Shown: positions 20,316 to 30,059, numbered from the stretch's first letter. The stretch: DNA of 64,000 bases from Bacillota bacterium (GCA_023622945.1 JAMNYG010000056.1:284-64283); one strand, 5' to 3'. Numbers and translations are program-made. Notes: generated from the letters alone by a model not told the origin.

Positions 20316-21700
20316 AGCTATACAGGAATGCCATTATTCTTGTGGTGGTTTTGGCCCTTCTTCTGGGAGTATACGGTGTTGTCAGGTACGTTACTACAAA
20401 GAACGAAGAAGGCTCCTCCACCCGCAAATTAGCGGATAAGCTCATTGACCTGGCTTCCCAGGATATTGTTGAGCTTACCATACAGAACGAGAATGAGAAG
20501 CTTGTTTTTGAGAAAAAGGATGACAAATGGTATGCGGTTGAGCCGCAGAATCTGAAAATAGACAGCAGCAAGGTAAACAGCGTTGCCATAAACTTTGCGT
20601 CAGTCCTTATAAACCAGGTAGTGGAAGAAGAGGCAACCGACCTTTCGGTTTACGGCCTCGACAAACCCACCGTAATTACCGCCAAACTGAAGGACGGAAC
20701 GGTGGCAACAGCTGAAGTAGGTGATCAAACACCTACAGGAAGCGGGTATTATGCAAAAGAGCCGGGCAAAAACAAGGTTTACATTATCGATTCGTATACC
20801 GGCAGCAAGATCAGGGTGAGAAAAAACGATCTCAGAAGCCTTGAGTTGTTCTACGAAAAACCTGAGGATATAATTAAGCTTCAGATGGGAAGAAACGGGC
20901 AGTTGCTTTTCACCGCCAGGAAGGCAGGAGAATACAACTGGGAGATAACCGAACCCATCAACGGAACTGCGGACTATTCTGCCATCGGCCCCATGCTGGA
21001 AGCCATTACAGGTCTTACCATTAGGGAGTTTGTGGAGGAAAACGTTCAGGATCCGTCAAAATATGGTTTTTCAAAGCCATTATACAGCTTTAAGTTTGAT
21101 ACAGGATACAGCACCCGTTCATTGCTCCTGGGGAATTATAAGACCAAGGGCTCAGAGATCTATGCGATGATCGAAGGCACCAATGAAGTGTTTACCGTAT
21201 CGGTGGATACCCTGAGATTTATTGACAAACCGTTGGAAGAAATCTTTGAAGTTTTTGTTTATATTACAAACATATGGGATGTATCGGATATAGTGGTCAA
21301 CCTGGATGGTGAAAGGATTGTATGTAAACTGGAAACCCACGATGAAGACAAGGAAAAGGATAAGTTCTACGTCAACGGAAAGGATGCGTCTTTTAAGGAC
21401 GACAAGGGTGAACAGCCTTTCCGGAAGTTCTATCAATCCCTTATAGGGGTTACGCTCAGCAAGATAGACCCTGGTGCAGAGCCCCAGGGTCAACCTGAAA
21501 TCACCTTTGAATATACTCTTAAGAAAGAGCCGTACAAGATGAAGGTTGAGTTCGTACCAAAGGATGAATACTATTACTACGTAATAAAGAACGGTGTTTA
21601 CAGCGGTATCCTGGTTGAGAAAGATGAATTCGACAAATCAGAAGGAGTAAGGGAATCCTACAGAAAACTCATGGAAGCAATGGAAGCAAACAAGCAATAA
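20312..21700 (+). CDS. DUF4340 domain protein (membrane-anchored)
   Basis: ATGA start/stop overlap with the GldG-like gene and RBS GAGGAGGAG. N-terminal anchor MKLYRNAIILVVVLALLLGVYG. DUF4340 proteins typically follow GldG-like genes. Confidence 0.75.
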   Translation: MKLYRNAIILVVVLALLLGVYGVVRYVTTKNEEGSSTRKLADKLIDLASQDIVELTIQNENEKLVFEKKDDKWYAVEPQNLKIDSSKVNSVAINFASVLINQVVEEEATDLSVYGLDKPTVITAKLKDGTVATAEVGDQTPTGSGYYAKEPGKNKVYIIDSYTGSKIRVRKNDLRSLELFYEKPEDIIKLQMGRNGQLLFTARKAGEYNWEITEPINGTADYSAIGPMLEAITGLTIREFVEENVQDPSKYGFSKPLYSFKFDTGYSTRSLLLGNYKTKGSEIYAMIEGTNEVFTVSVDTLRFIDKPLEEIFEVFVYITNIWDVSDIVVNLDGERIVCKLETHDEDKEKDKFYVNGKDASFKDDKGEQPFRKFYQSLIGVTLSKIDPGAEPQGQPEITFEYTLKKEPYKMKVEFVPKDEYYYYVIKNGVYSGILVEKDEFDKSEGVRESYRKLMEAMEANKQ

Positions 21701-21735
21701 CGCTTTGACTTAAACTGTTCAGGTATTTATAGGCA

Positions 21736-21784
21736 GGCTCCCTCATAGGATTATAATAGCGATTCTATGGGGGGCTGTTTTTTT
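21736..21784 (+). terminator. Rho-independent terminator candidate (ABC/DUF4340 operon)
   Basis: Imperfect GC-rich stem GGCTCCCTCATAG / CTATGGGGGGCT with one bulge, followed by T7-8 (21778-21784). Confidence 0.6.
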
Positions 21785-22856
21785 GAAGGGAGAATTCACA
21801 AATACTCTGAAGGTTGCTTTCATTTACGTTACCGCCATAATTGGAGCGGGATTTGCTTCGGGACAGGAGATAGTGCAATTCTTTTCAGTATATTACAGGG
21901 TAGGGTTTTACGGGATAATACTGGCAGGTATAATGTTTTCGATAATCGGATGCATCGTGTTAAACAAGGTTTATACCGAAAGGATAAGAAACTATGATGA
22001 ATTCCTTTTTCCTGTTGTGGGATATTACCCCGGCATAATCATGGAGACGGTGGTCACCCTATTCATGTTTACCTTGTTCAGCGTAATGACGGCAGGGACA
22101 ATAAACATCCTGACCAGCAAAGCAGGCATACCCTTTGTTATAAGCGCCCTGCTCATGGCTTTTGCATACTCAGTATTCATGATAAAAGGAATTAAGGCAA
22201 TCGCAAGCCTCAGCATGTTTGTCACTCCAGTGCTTATAGCAGGCATGCTGATGGCGGGGTTTTATATTATAGCCTATCAGGACACATATGTCTTTAACGC
22301 CATCGGATTGAACCGCATTCTAACCCGCAACTGGCTTTCTTCATCCATCCTGTATGTCAGCTACAACAGCATTTTGTCAATAGCGGTATTGTGTGAACTC
22401 CAGCCTTACCTCAAGACCCGAAGGATTGCATTGGCAGGAGGTTGTATAGGAGGATGCCTTTTATGCATCATTGCCGTTGTAATCAATGCAGCCCTCTCGG
22501 TGGTAAACCCTGATTTTCTTAAAAATGAGCTTCCGGTTCTGGACATTATAGGCAAGAATAATGATGTATTTAACTTCATATACATGCTGATACTGTGGAT
22601 TGCCATGTTTACATCGGGGATCATGGCAGGCTATGGATTTGCCAAAAGAGTCAACAGTTGCTTTGGCATTAACATGAAATTTATTACGGTCATTTCCTGT
22701 GCTGCTGCAGTAGTTCTTTCGGGTTTTGGATTTTCCAACCTCATATCCGTACTTTATCCCCTGTTTGGCTATGCAGGACTGTTCATGATTATTGTGGTTC
22801 TTGTCCAGGGGGTCAGAGATCTGTTCATTGGAAGACATAAAAGAACCATTCTCTAG
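21783..22856 (+). CDS. YkvI-family membrane protein (putative transporter)
   Basis: FIYVTAIIGAGFASGQEIVQFF matches the YkvI N-terminal motif. About 10-11 TM segments. The only in-frame start near the N-terminus is TTG at 21783, so the start is uncertain. Confidence 0.75.
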   Translation: MKGEFTNTLKVAFIYVTAIIGAGFASGQEIVQFFSVYYRVGFYGIILAGIMFSIIGCIVLNKVYTERIRNYDEFLFPVVGYYPGIIMETVVTLFMFTLFSVMTAGTINILTSKAGIPFVISALLMAFAYSVFMIKGIKAIASLSMFVTPVLIAGMLMAGFYIIAYQDTYVFNAIGLNRILTRNWLSSSILYVSYNSILSIAVLCELQPYLKTRRIALAGGCIGGCLLCIIAVVINAALSVVNPDFLKNELPVLDIIGKNNDVFNFIYMLILWIAMFTSGIMAGYGFAKRVNSCFGINMKFITVISCAAAVVLSGFGFSNLISVLYPLFGYAGLFMIIVVLVQGVRDLFIGRHKRTIL

Positions 22857-22961
22857 AGGGCATAAAAGCCTGTTCCTTAAAAAGCATAAAACCAGGTGAA
22901 TTATATATGGGTATGTGATAAAATTACATTATACGGAAGAAAAAACCGGGGTGAATATACG

Positions 22962-24161
22962 TTGTACCTGACCGATGAAAGGACGAACGACAGACCTGTT
23001 GGCCGAAAGACAAGCTTTCTGGCATTCCTGCTGCTTGTGACTCTGGTTTTGGGAGTTGCATTCCTGGCCTACCTTGAAAGCAACGATATTGACTTTAGAA
23101 CCGCAAATCTGAAAAATGTTATTGCAGATATTTTTTCTTCAACGAAAGAGCAGGATGCCATCAAAATAATCAATGAAATTGGATACAGCATAAAAGAAAA
23201 GGCTGTTTTCGGTACATATGGAGATTATTTGATAAAATGTACTACAGAAGGCATTACCTGGATAAATAAGAAAGGAGAACAGGTTCAGAATATCGCACTT
23301 ACCATGAACCGTCCGGCAGTGAGAACGGCAGGCGCATATCTTTTGGTTGCGGATCTCGGAGGGAAAGACATTAAAGTTTTCAGGAATACAAGCCTTCATT
23401 GGAACTTTTCTTCTGAAACCAATATCATAAATGCAGATATAAACGAAGACGGGCTTGTAACCATTGTCCATGAAGCAAACGGTTACAAGGCCAGGGTATC
23501 TGTATACCATCCCCTGGCCGACAGGCCGCTTGCGTTTACCCGAACCATTGCGGAATGTTTCGTGCTGTCCGCAAAGCTTTCACCTTCCGGAAAACAGTTG
23601 GTCATAAACAAGATTGATTCAAGAGGGATCAGGGCGGGCACACATATAGAGTTCAACCATTTGGCTCAGGAAGAGCCTTATTCAAACATATTCCGTGAAA
23701 ATACCATTTATCCTGCTCTCTGGTTTACCGGGGACGGATCATTGTTTGCAGCAGGCGATTCGGAGGTAGCCTATTTCGACAGGGAAGGCACCCTTGCCTG
23801 GGAAAAAACCTATGATAACGGCATTGTATACAGTTCAAACCTGTGCTCAGGGAAATATCCTGTAGTTGCCGTAGCAGATATAAGCACGCAGGGAAATGGT
23901 AAAAATACGAGAATAGACGTGATGAACGCAAAAGGAGATGTAATGGTAAGCTACCCCGTAGAAGGCGAGGTCATTAACATTCAGACCTTTTCAAATACCA
24001 TAGCGGTAAACCTGGGAAGAGAAGTTCTTTTTATTAATATCCAGGGAAATGAGATAGGCAGGTTTACTGCAAGAAGTGAAGTCTACGGCGTGTACTTTAT
24101 GGACAGGAAAACCGCTGCCATAGTCACAAAAGAGGGCATCAGCATAATAAATATAGGCTAG
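22962..24161 (+). CDS. Membrane-anchored hypothetical protein with a beta-rich extracytoplasmic domain
   Basis: The ORF is open from 22896. TTG at 22962 is preferred because it lies 8 nt after GGGGTG. Single TM segment (FLAFLLLVTLVLGVAFLAYL), then ~340 aa of repetitive beta-strand-like sequence. No family recognised with confidence. Confidence 0.7.
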   Translation: MYLTDERTNDRPVGRKTSFLAFLLLVTLVLGVAFLAYLESNDIDFRTANLKNVIADIFSSTKEQDAIKIINEIGYSIKEKAVFGTYGDYLIKCTTEGITWINKKGEQVQNIALTMNRPAVRTAGAYLLVADLGGKDIKVFRNTSLHWNFSSETNIINADINEDGLVTIVHEANGYKARVSVYHPLADRPLAFTRTIAECFVLSAKLSPSGKQLVINKIDSRGIRAGTHIEFNHLAQEEPYSNIFRENTIYPALWFTGDGSLFAAGDSEVAYFDREGTLAWEKTYDNGIVYSSNLCSGKYPVVAVADISTQGNGKNTRIDVMNAKGDVMVSYPVEGEVINIQTFSNTIAVNLGREVLFINIQGNEIGRFTARSEVYGVYFMDRKTAAIVTKEGISIINIG

Positions 24162-24176
24162 GAGAGCAGGAAGAGG

Positions 24177-24863
24177 ATGAACTGGAGCGACATGGCTGTT
24201 ATTGTCATAATTCTTGGATTTGCGATTACAGGCATGATAAACGGATTTGTTATGTCTGTGTTCAGGCTCATGTCATTCTTTCTTTCCATTTATATTTCAA
24301 TAAAGTTTTATCCCATAGTATCAAGCCTGTTAATGACAACGCCATTGTTCGATAATATAAAAAAGTCGGTGTCAGAGAGGCTTTTCATGCAGCATGCTGA
24401 GAGTGCCGTAAGCCGGATGGGACAGGCTGCAGCCGATAACGTCGTCAACAGCCTGCATCTGCCCGGATTTATGAAGGAAGGAATTATGGACAGGCTCGGC
24501 AATGTTTCGGGAATTTTTGATATATCCGGGGTTTTTGATGTCATAAGCGGCGAGATCGCAAAGATAATTATCAATTTTATAAGCCTGATACTGGTTTATC
24601 TGGCCGCAAAGTTGATCTTGTTTTTCTTTAGATTTGTTTTTCAGGGCATATCAAAACTCCCTCTTTTCAGGCAAATGGACAAGCTTGGCGGCTTTGCCTT
24701 TGGCGCTGTGGAAGGGCTTTTATCGGTATATATCTTGTTCGCCTTATTGATACTGTTCCACTCCGTTCCCCAGCTGGAACCGGCCTTTAAAGCAATAGAC
24801 GACTCCCTGTTCGCCAGCTTTTTTTACAATAATAATTTTATAATTGAGATGTTGTTGAACTGA
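24177..24863 (+). CDS. cvpA: CvpA family membrane protein
   Basis: MNWSDMAVIVIILGFAITGMINGFVMSVFRLMSFFLSIYISIKFY is a typical CvpA N-terminus. Four TM segments. Confidence 0.8.
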   Translation: MNWSDMAVIVIILGFAITGMINGFVMSVFRLMSFFLSIYISIKFYPIVSSLLMTTPLFDNIKKSVSERLFMQHAESAVSRMGQAAADNVVNSLHLPGFMKEGIMDRLGNVSGIFDISGVFDVISGEIAKIIINFISLILVYLAAKLILFFFRFVFQGISKLPLFRQMDKLGGFAFGAVEGLLSVYILFALLILFHSVPQLEPAFKAIDDSLFASFFYNNNFIIEMLLN

Positions 24864-25090
24864 TCTGTCTGTACTTGCATATCATTTCCTTTAAGTCAGT
24901 GCACTGTACTGATTATAAACATTATAATTTATTAACGAATCATACCCATTTTTTGTGACCGCTGGACACATGGAACTCAATGATAGTAAAATATCAATAA
25001 AGCCGGGAAGGATACCCGGCTATTGTTGTACACATGATCAGGTATGTCCTCAGACGGTAGATCTGTTTTAACAAGGGAGAGTTGTGAAGT

Positions 25091-26749
25091 ATGAGAAGCG
25101 ATGCAGTGAAGAAAGGTATTGAAAGGGCGCCCCACAGGTCGCTTTTTAAAGCAATGGGGTATACGGATGAAGAGATCAGTCGACCCTTGATTGGAATAGC
25201 AAACGCAAAAAGTGAAATTATACCCGGACACATCCACCTGGATAAAATTGCTGAGGCTGTAAAAGCAGGAATAAGAATGGCCGGCGGAACGCCCGTAGAA
25301 TTCGGAGTGATCGGCGTTTGTGACGGAATAGCGATGGGACACATTGGAATGAAGTATTCCCTTGCCACAAGAGAACTGATAGCGGATTCCTGTGAAGCCA
25401 TGGGTATGGCTCACAGTTTTGACGGCATGGTATTTATTCCCAACTGTGACAAAATAGTACCCGGCATGCTTATGGCTGCTGCCAGGATGAATATTCCGTC
25501 CATATTCATAAGCGGTGGTCCTATGCTGTCTGTCAGCCGTGGTGGGAAATCCCTGGATCTACTGAGCATGTTTGAGGCTGTTGGAGCGTACAAGGTAGGG
25601 AAAATGACCGACCGGGAAATGGCTGAGTGGGAAGACCATGCATGTCCGGGTTGCGGTTCCTGCGCAGGAATGTTCACCGCCAACTCCATGAACTGCCTGA
25701 CAGAAGTTCTGGGCCTGGGACTTCCCGGCAACGGCACAATTCCGGCCGTCTATGCCGAGAGGATAAGGTTGGCCAAAAAAGCGGGCATGCAGATAATGGA
25801 GCTGGTCAGAAAAGATATAAAGCCCTCGGATATACTGACGCATAAATCCTTTGAAAATGCCCTTGCGGTGGATATGGCACTGGGATGTTCCACCAACTCG
25901 GTTCTGCATCTTACAGCCATAGCCCATGAAGTGGGCATAAAGATAGACCTGGACATAATAAATGAAATAAGCGAAAAGGTTCCCAATCTGTGCAGGCTTT
26001 CTCCTGCAGGGAAACATTACATCCAGGACCTGTATGCTGCAGGAGGGGTACAGGCTGTTATGAAGGAGCTGTCCCGCAAAGGCCTTCTTCACCTGGACCT
26101 TATGACGGTAACGGGAAAAACAGTAGGAGAAAACATTGAAAATGCCGAAGTGAAGAACTTCGAGGTAATCAGAAGTATTGACAATCCCTACAGTCCTACC
26201 GGAGGAATTGCGGTTCTGAAAGGCAATCTTGCTCCTGACGGAGCTGTTGTAAAGCGTTCGGCAGTTGCAGAGGAAATGCTTGTACACAGAGGACCTGCAA
26301 AAGTTTTTGATTCGGAAGAATCAGCCATTGAGGCAATATACAGGGGTCAAATTGTAAAAGGTGACGTGGTGATCATAAGATATGAAGGTCCCAGGGGCGG
26401 ACCGGGGATGAGAGAAATGCTGAGCCCCACTTCTGCAATCTGCGGAATGGGACTGGACAAAGATGTCGCTCTCATAACTGACGGAAGGTTCTCGGGAGCA
26501 ACACGGGGCGCTTCCATAGGGCATGTATCACCTGAAGCCATGGAAGGTGGTCCCATTGCACTGGTTAAGGATGGTGACATTATAAGCATTGACATACCTA
26601 ACGGAAAATTAAACGTTGAAATATCAGACGAGGAAATGGAAAGAAGAAGGGCAGCATGGAAGGCGCCCGCCCCGAAGATAACCAAAGGCTATCTTGGAAG
26701 ATATTCAAGGCTTGTAACATCGGCAAGCACGGGTGCTGTGTTCAGGTGA
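25091..26749 (+). CDS. ilvD: Dihydroxy-acid dehydratase
   Basis: [28 protein letters not shown]..., [42 protein letters not shown]. 552 aa, full length. Confidence 0.97.
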   Translation: MRSDAVKKGIERAPHRSLFKAMGYTDEEISRPLIGIANAKSEIIPGHIHLDKIAEAVKAGIRMAGGTPVEFGVIGVCDGIAMGHIGMKYSLATRELIADSCEAMGMAHSFDGMVFIPNCDKIVPGMLMAAARMNIPSIFISGGPMLSVSRGGKSLDLLSMFEAVGAYKVGKMTDREMAEWEDHACPGCGSCAGMFTANSMNCLTEVLGLGLPGNGTIPAVYAERIRLAKKAGMQIMELVRKDIKPSDILTHKSFENALAVDMALGCSTNSVLHLTAIAHEVGIKIDLDIINEISEKVPNLCRLSPAGKHYIQDLYAAGGVQAVMKELSRKGLLHLDLMTVTGKTVGENIENAEVKNFEVIRSIDNPYSPTGGIAVLKGNLAPDGAVVKRSAVAEEMLVHRGPAKVFDSEESAIEAIYRGQIVKGDVVIIRYEGPRGGPGMREMLSPTSAICGMGLDKDVALITDGRFSGATRGASIGHVSPEAMEGGPIALVKDGDIISIDIPNGKLNVEISDEEMERRRAAWKAPAPKITKGYLGRYSRLVTSASTGAVFR

Positions 26750-26824
26750 GACCGGTACGGGTGCTGTGCCCGGATGAAATGGAGTAGAAATGTAAGTTAA
26801 CTGGTTGCACTTACATTGAATGGA

Positions 26825-26856
26825 GGAAAATGTTATTCCGTGACATATCATTTTCC
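26825..26856 (+). promoter_or_regulatory. Intercistronic hairpin element (ilvD-ilvB), homologous to the proB-proA hairpin
   Basis: GGAAAATG (26825-26832) pairs with CATTTTCC (26849-26856). The sequence GAAAATG..TTATTCCGT..CATATCATTTTC is shared with 54714-54754. Confidence 0.6.
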
Positions 26857-26929
26857 TGTGAAACAGAACAACCAGCTAAGTCAATGTAGGGTTTGAAAGG
26901 AAGGTATTTGACTGGGAGGTAGTTATAAA

Positions 26930-28609
26930 GTGAAACTTACCGGTGCTGAAATCTTGATAGAGTGCTTAATAGAGCAAGGTGTTGATACTGTATTTGGATT
27001 TCCCGGAGGCGCGGTATTAAATATATATGATGCACTGTACAAAGCAAAGGGCAGGATCAGGCATATACTGACTTCCCATGAGCAGGGAGCTGCCCATGCA
27101 GCTGACGGATATGCCAGGGCAACAGGCAAGACAGGAGTGTGCATAGCTACTTCCGGACCGGGAGCCACCAACCTGGTAACGGGGATTGCCACTGCTTACA
27201 TGGATTCTGTGCCCATGGTGGCAATTACGGGACAGGTGGCTACATCCCTTTTGGGGAAGGATTCGTTCCAGGAAGTGGATATTGCGGGAATAACCATGCC
27301 CATAACAAAGCACAACTACATCGTAAAGGATGTAACCAAGCTGGCGAAGACTGTGAGGGAGGCCTTCAGGATTGCAAGAGAGGGAAGGCCGGGACCTGTC
27401 CTGATAGACATCTGCAAAGATGTTACCGCTGCTGTGACTGATTATGAGCCTTGCATGCTGAAGGAAACTGAAGAGGCTCCCGTGAAAAAGTTCTCCATGC
27501 AGGTGTCTGATGAGCAGATTAATGAAGCGGCCGAGATTATTAATCTATCCAAACGACCGGTTATCCTTTCGGGAGGAGGAGTATCAATAGCCGGCGCAAA
27601 TGAAGAGGTTCTGGAGCTGGCGGAGAAATCAGGTATTCCTGTAGCAACAACTTTGATGGGACTTGGTTCTTTTCCGGGAACCCATGAGCTTTTTATGGGA
27701 CTGGTAGGAATGCATGGCACAAGGACATCCAATATGGCTGTGTCCGAATCCGATCTTTTCATAGCCATAGGCGCAAGGTTCAGCGACAGGGTAATAAGCG
27801 ATGTCACCAAGTTTGCTCCCAACGCAAGGATAATGCATATCGATATCGACCCTGCAGAGATCGGAAAGAATGTTAACGTACATTACCCTCTTGTGGGCAA
27901 TATAAGGGAGATATTAAAACGAATAAATGCAAGAATTGTAAAGGATGTGCACCGCGAATGGTGCAAAACGGTAAGTGAATGGAAAACCAGGTTTCCTCTT
28001 AAATACAGCCAGAACGGTATGCTGAAGCCACAGTTCGTAGTGGAAAAAATTTATGAAAAAACGGAAGGGAAAGCCATCATTACCACGGAGGTCGGTCAGA
28101 ACCAGCTGTGGGCGGCCCAGTTTTATAAATTCACTTCTCCAAGACAGTTTATATCCTCAGGAGGGCTGGGAACCATGGGTTTTGGCCTTGGTGCCTGCAT
28201 AGGAGCCCAGCTTGGCTGTCCCAACAGGAAAGTCATCAATATTGCAGGAGACGGAAGCTTCAGGATGAATTGCAATGAGCTGGCCACTGCCGTGGAATAT
28301 AAACTGCCTATAATCATTGCCCTTTTGAACAACGGCGTCCTTGGCATGGTGAGGCAGTGGCAGGATCTGTTTTACGGAGGAAGATATTCCGAAACTACGA
28401 TAGAACGGGGTACCGATTTTGTAGCCCTTGCCAGGGCCTACGGAGCAGAAGGCATCAATGTTACAAAACCTGAAGAGGTGGAACCTGCAATAGAAAAGGC
28501 CCTTGCCTCCAGGGACAGGCCGGTGCTCATCAACTTCGTAATCGATAAAGATGAAAAGGTACTGCCCATTGTACCTCCCGGAGCACCGATAAGCGACCTT
28601 ATTGATTAG
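26930..28609 (+). CDS. ilvB: Acetolactate synthase, large (catalytic) subunit
   Basis: GTG start 10 nt after GGGAGG. GVDTVFGFPGGAVLNIYDAL, GGLGTMGFGLGACIGAQL, ThDP motif GDGSFRMNCNEL. 559 aa. Confidence 0.95.
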   Translation: MKLTGAEILIECLIEQGVDTVFGFPGGAVLNIYDALYKAKGRIRHILTSHEQGAAHAADGYARATGKTGVCIATSGPGATNLVTGIATAYMDSVPMVAITGQVATSLLGKDSFQEVDIAGITMPITKHNYIVKDVTKLAKTVREAFRIAREGRPGPVLIDICKDVTAAVTDYEPCMLKETEEAPVKKFSMQVSDEQINEAAEIINLSKRPVILSGGGVSIAGANEEVLELAEKSGIPVATTLMGLGSFPGTHELFMGLVGMHGTRTSNMAVSESDLFIAIGARFSDRVISDVTKFAPNARIMHIDIDPAEIGKNVNVHYPLVGNIREILKRINARIVKDVHREWCKTVSEWKTRFPLKYSQNGMLKPQFVVEKIYEKTEGKAIITTEVGQNQLWAAQFYKFTSPRQFISSGGLGTMGFGLGACIGAQLGCPNRKVINIAGDGSFRMNCNELATAVEYKLPIIIALLNNGVLGMVRQWQDLFYGGRYSETTIERGTDFVALARAYGAEGINVTKPEEVEPAIEKALASRDRPVLINFVIDKDEKVLPIVPPGAPISDLID

Positions 28610-28664
28610 TAGAAGTATGGGAGTTAAATACACGGCATAATGTATGGCATGAAAATATAAAAAG

Positions 28665-28691
28665 AGCCTGGCGGTTGTCATCCGCCAGGCT
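28665..28691 (+). terminator. Terminator candidate after ilvB
   Basis: AGCCTGGCGG (28665-28674) / CCGCCAGGCT (28682-28691), 7-nt loop. The T tract is weak (TCTTT). Confidence 0.5.
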
Positions 28692-28944
28692 TCTTTAAAC
28701 CATATCCTCCGGAACACACATGCCCCTTGAAATTATACATCCTTTGTAATATTAATGCTTGTCAGAGTGTAAATGTTAACATCCGCCGGAATGTATCGGC
28801 AAACTTATTCTTTGTCCAAGTAACTGCTTACGATGGCCTCAACTTCTTCCACACTTTTATTCATGAACTCTTTTCCAATCTCGTCTGTTCCACGTTGACT
28901 TTGATTTTGCTGTTTACGCTCAAACAAACAGTTCAAATAAATTC

Positions 28945-28973
28945 TTGACTTTTGCCTTGACATGTGTTAAATT
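28945..28973 (+). promoter_or_regulatory. Sigma-A promoter candidate for rpmG-secE-nusG
   Basis: TTGACT (28945-28950), a 17-nt spacer, then TAAATT (28968-28973), 90 nt upstream of rpmG. Confidence 0.55.
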
Positions 28974-29062
28974 AATTATTGCTTTATTCGTCGGTCTTTT
29001 TTTTATGCTTAAAATATTCATGAAAACTTAAGGATATATACAACAGAGCCGGAGGTGTGAGA

Positions 29063-29212
29063 ATGAGAGTAAAGATCACGTTGGCATGCACTGATTGCAA
29101 GCAGAGGAATTATACCACCAAGAAGAACAGAAAAAATGATCCTGACAGGCTTGAACTGAAGAAGTACTGCAAATTCTGTCAAAAGCATACGGTTCACAGA
29201 GAGACAAGGTAA
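29063..29212 (+). CDS. rpmG: 50S ribosomal protein L33 (Cys4 zinc-ribbon form)
   Basis: Not in the supplied ORF track because it is under 60 aa. Translated by hand: [59 protein letters not shown] at 29051-29057. Confidence 0.93.
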   Translation: MRVKITLACTDCKQRNYTTKKNRKNDPDRLELKKYCKFCQKHTVHRETR

Positions 29213-29278
29213 TACACCGGCAAATTCACATAAAACAATTGTTTTCGGTTGGTAACTAAAAAAGCGGAGTTGTTGATT

Positions 29279-29503
29279 ATGGCTGAAAAAGCGAAGGTAT
29301 CAAGGTTGAAAAACACCTGGAAATCCCTTTCAAAGTTCTTCAGGGATATAAGAAGTGAATTAAAAAAAGTTGTTTGGCTAAACAGGAAGCAACTGGTCAA
29401 TAATACTATTACCGTACTGCTTGCTTGCCTTATCATTGGTGCGGTCATCTGGGTTGCCGATTTAATTTTCGCTAAAGCTACCGAGCTGGTGTTCATTAGG
29501 TAA
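29279..29503 (+). CDS. secE: Preprotein translocase subunit SecE
   Basis: MAEKAKVSRLKNTWKSLSKFFRDIRSELKKVVWLNRKQLVNNTITVLLACLIIGAVIWVADL; 74 aa with a single TM segment. Canonical position between rpmG and nusG. Confidence 0.9.
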   Translation: MAEKAKVSRLKNTWKSLSKFFRDIRSELKKVVWLNRKQLVNNTITVLLACLIIGAVIWVADLIFAKATELVFIR

Positions 29504-29516
29504 GATGGAGGTTGGA

Positions 29517-30059
29517 ATGGGTTTAATGCTTCCTGAGAAAACTTCTGAAAATGCCAAATGGTACGTGGTTCATACTTATTCGGGGTATGAAAACAAGGTA
29601 AAGGCTAATCTTGAAAAGATTGTTGAGAACAGGGGTTTGCAGGACTACATTCTGGACATAGTGGTTCCCATGGAGGAACAGATCGAGATAAAGGATGGCA
29701 GAAAAAAAGCCACCTTAAGGAAAGTGTTCCCCGGGTATGTTTTGATTAAGATGGTTATGACCGATGAATCGTGGTACGTTGTAAGGAATACCAGGGGAGT
29801 AACCGGATTTGTAGGTCCCGGATCCAAGCCTGTACCTTTGACCGATGAAGAAATCAGGGCTATGGGTGTTGAAGAAACTGCCACCGTTGTTGACTACGAA
29901 CCCGGTGACAGTGTAAGAGTAGTATCCGGACCCCTTGAGAACTTTATCGGAACGGTTGAAGAAATTAATATTGAAAAGAAAAAAGTAAGGGTTTTGGTGT
30001 CCATGTTCGGGCGTGAAACTCCCGTTGAGCTGGAGTTCAGCCAGATACAGAAAATCTGA
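29517..30059 (+). CDS. nusG: Transcription termination/antitermination factor NusG
   Basis: ...AKWYVVHTYSGYENKVKANLEK... NGN domain and a C-terminal KOW (GDSVRVVSGPLENFIGTVEEI). ATG at 29517 is 5 nt after GGAGG; ATGs at 29505 and 29526 are alternatives. Confidence 0.93.
   Translation: MGLMLPEKTSENAKWYVVHTYSGYENKVKANLEKIVENRGLQDYILDIVVPMEEQIEIKDGRKKATLRKVFPGYVLIKMVMTDESWYVVRNTRGVTGFVGPGSKPVPLTDEEIRAMGVEETATVVDYEPGDSVRVVSGPLENFIGTVEEINIEKKKVRVLVSMFGRETPVELEFSQIQKI

Noticed and set aside
24864-25090. T-box or other riboswitch leader upstream of ilvD (also checked upstream of ilvB and proB)
   Set aside because: I could not find the conserved T-box sequence, a specifier-loop/AGAGA context, or a terminator/antiterminator pair. 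Only a small GCCGGG/CCCGGC hairpin (25002-25020) without a T tract is present. A covariance-model scan would be needed for a definitive negative.
28805-28963. 52-aa minus-strand ORF (MSRQKSRIYLNCLFERKQQNQSQRGTDEIGKEFMNKSVEEVEAIVSSYLDKE) in the ilvB-rpmG spacer
   Set aside because: The C-terminal half looks protein-like. However, there is no Shine-Dalgarno sequence upstream of its ATG, its start overlaps the predicted rpmG promoter on the other strand, and I recognise no family. It is kept only as a very low-probability small ORF or gene remnant.
28610-29062. Missing ilvN (acetolactate synthase small subunit) as a sign of gene loss after ilvB
   Set aside because: The ~450-nt gap holds only a terminator and the rpmG promoter, with no degraded ilvN-like frame that I can read. 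ilvN/ilvH is probably encoded elsewhere, so absence from this window is not evidence of anything unusual.
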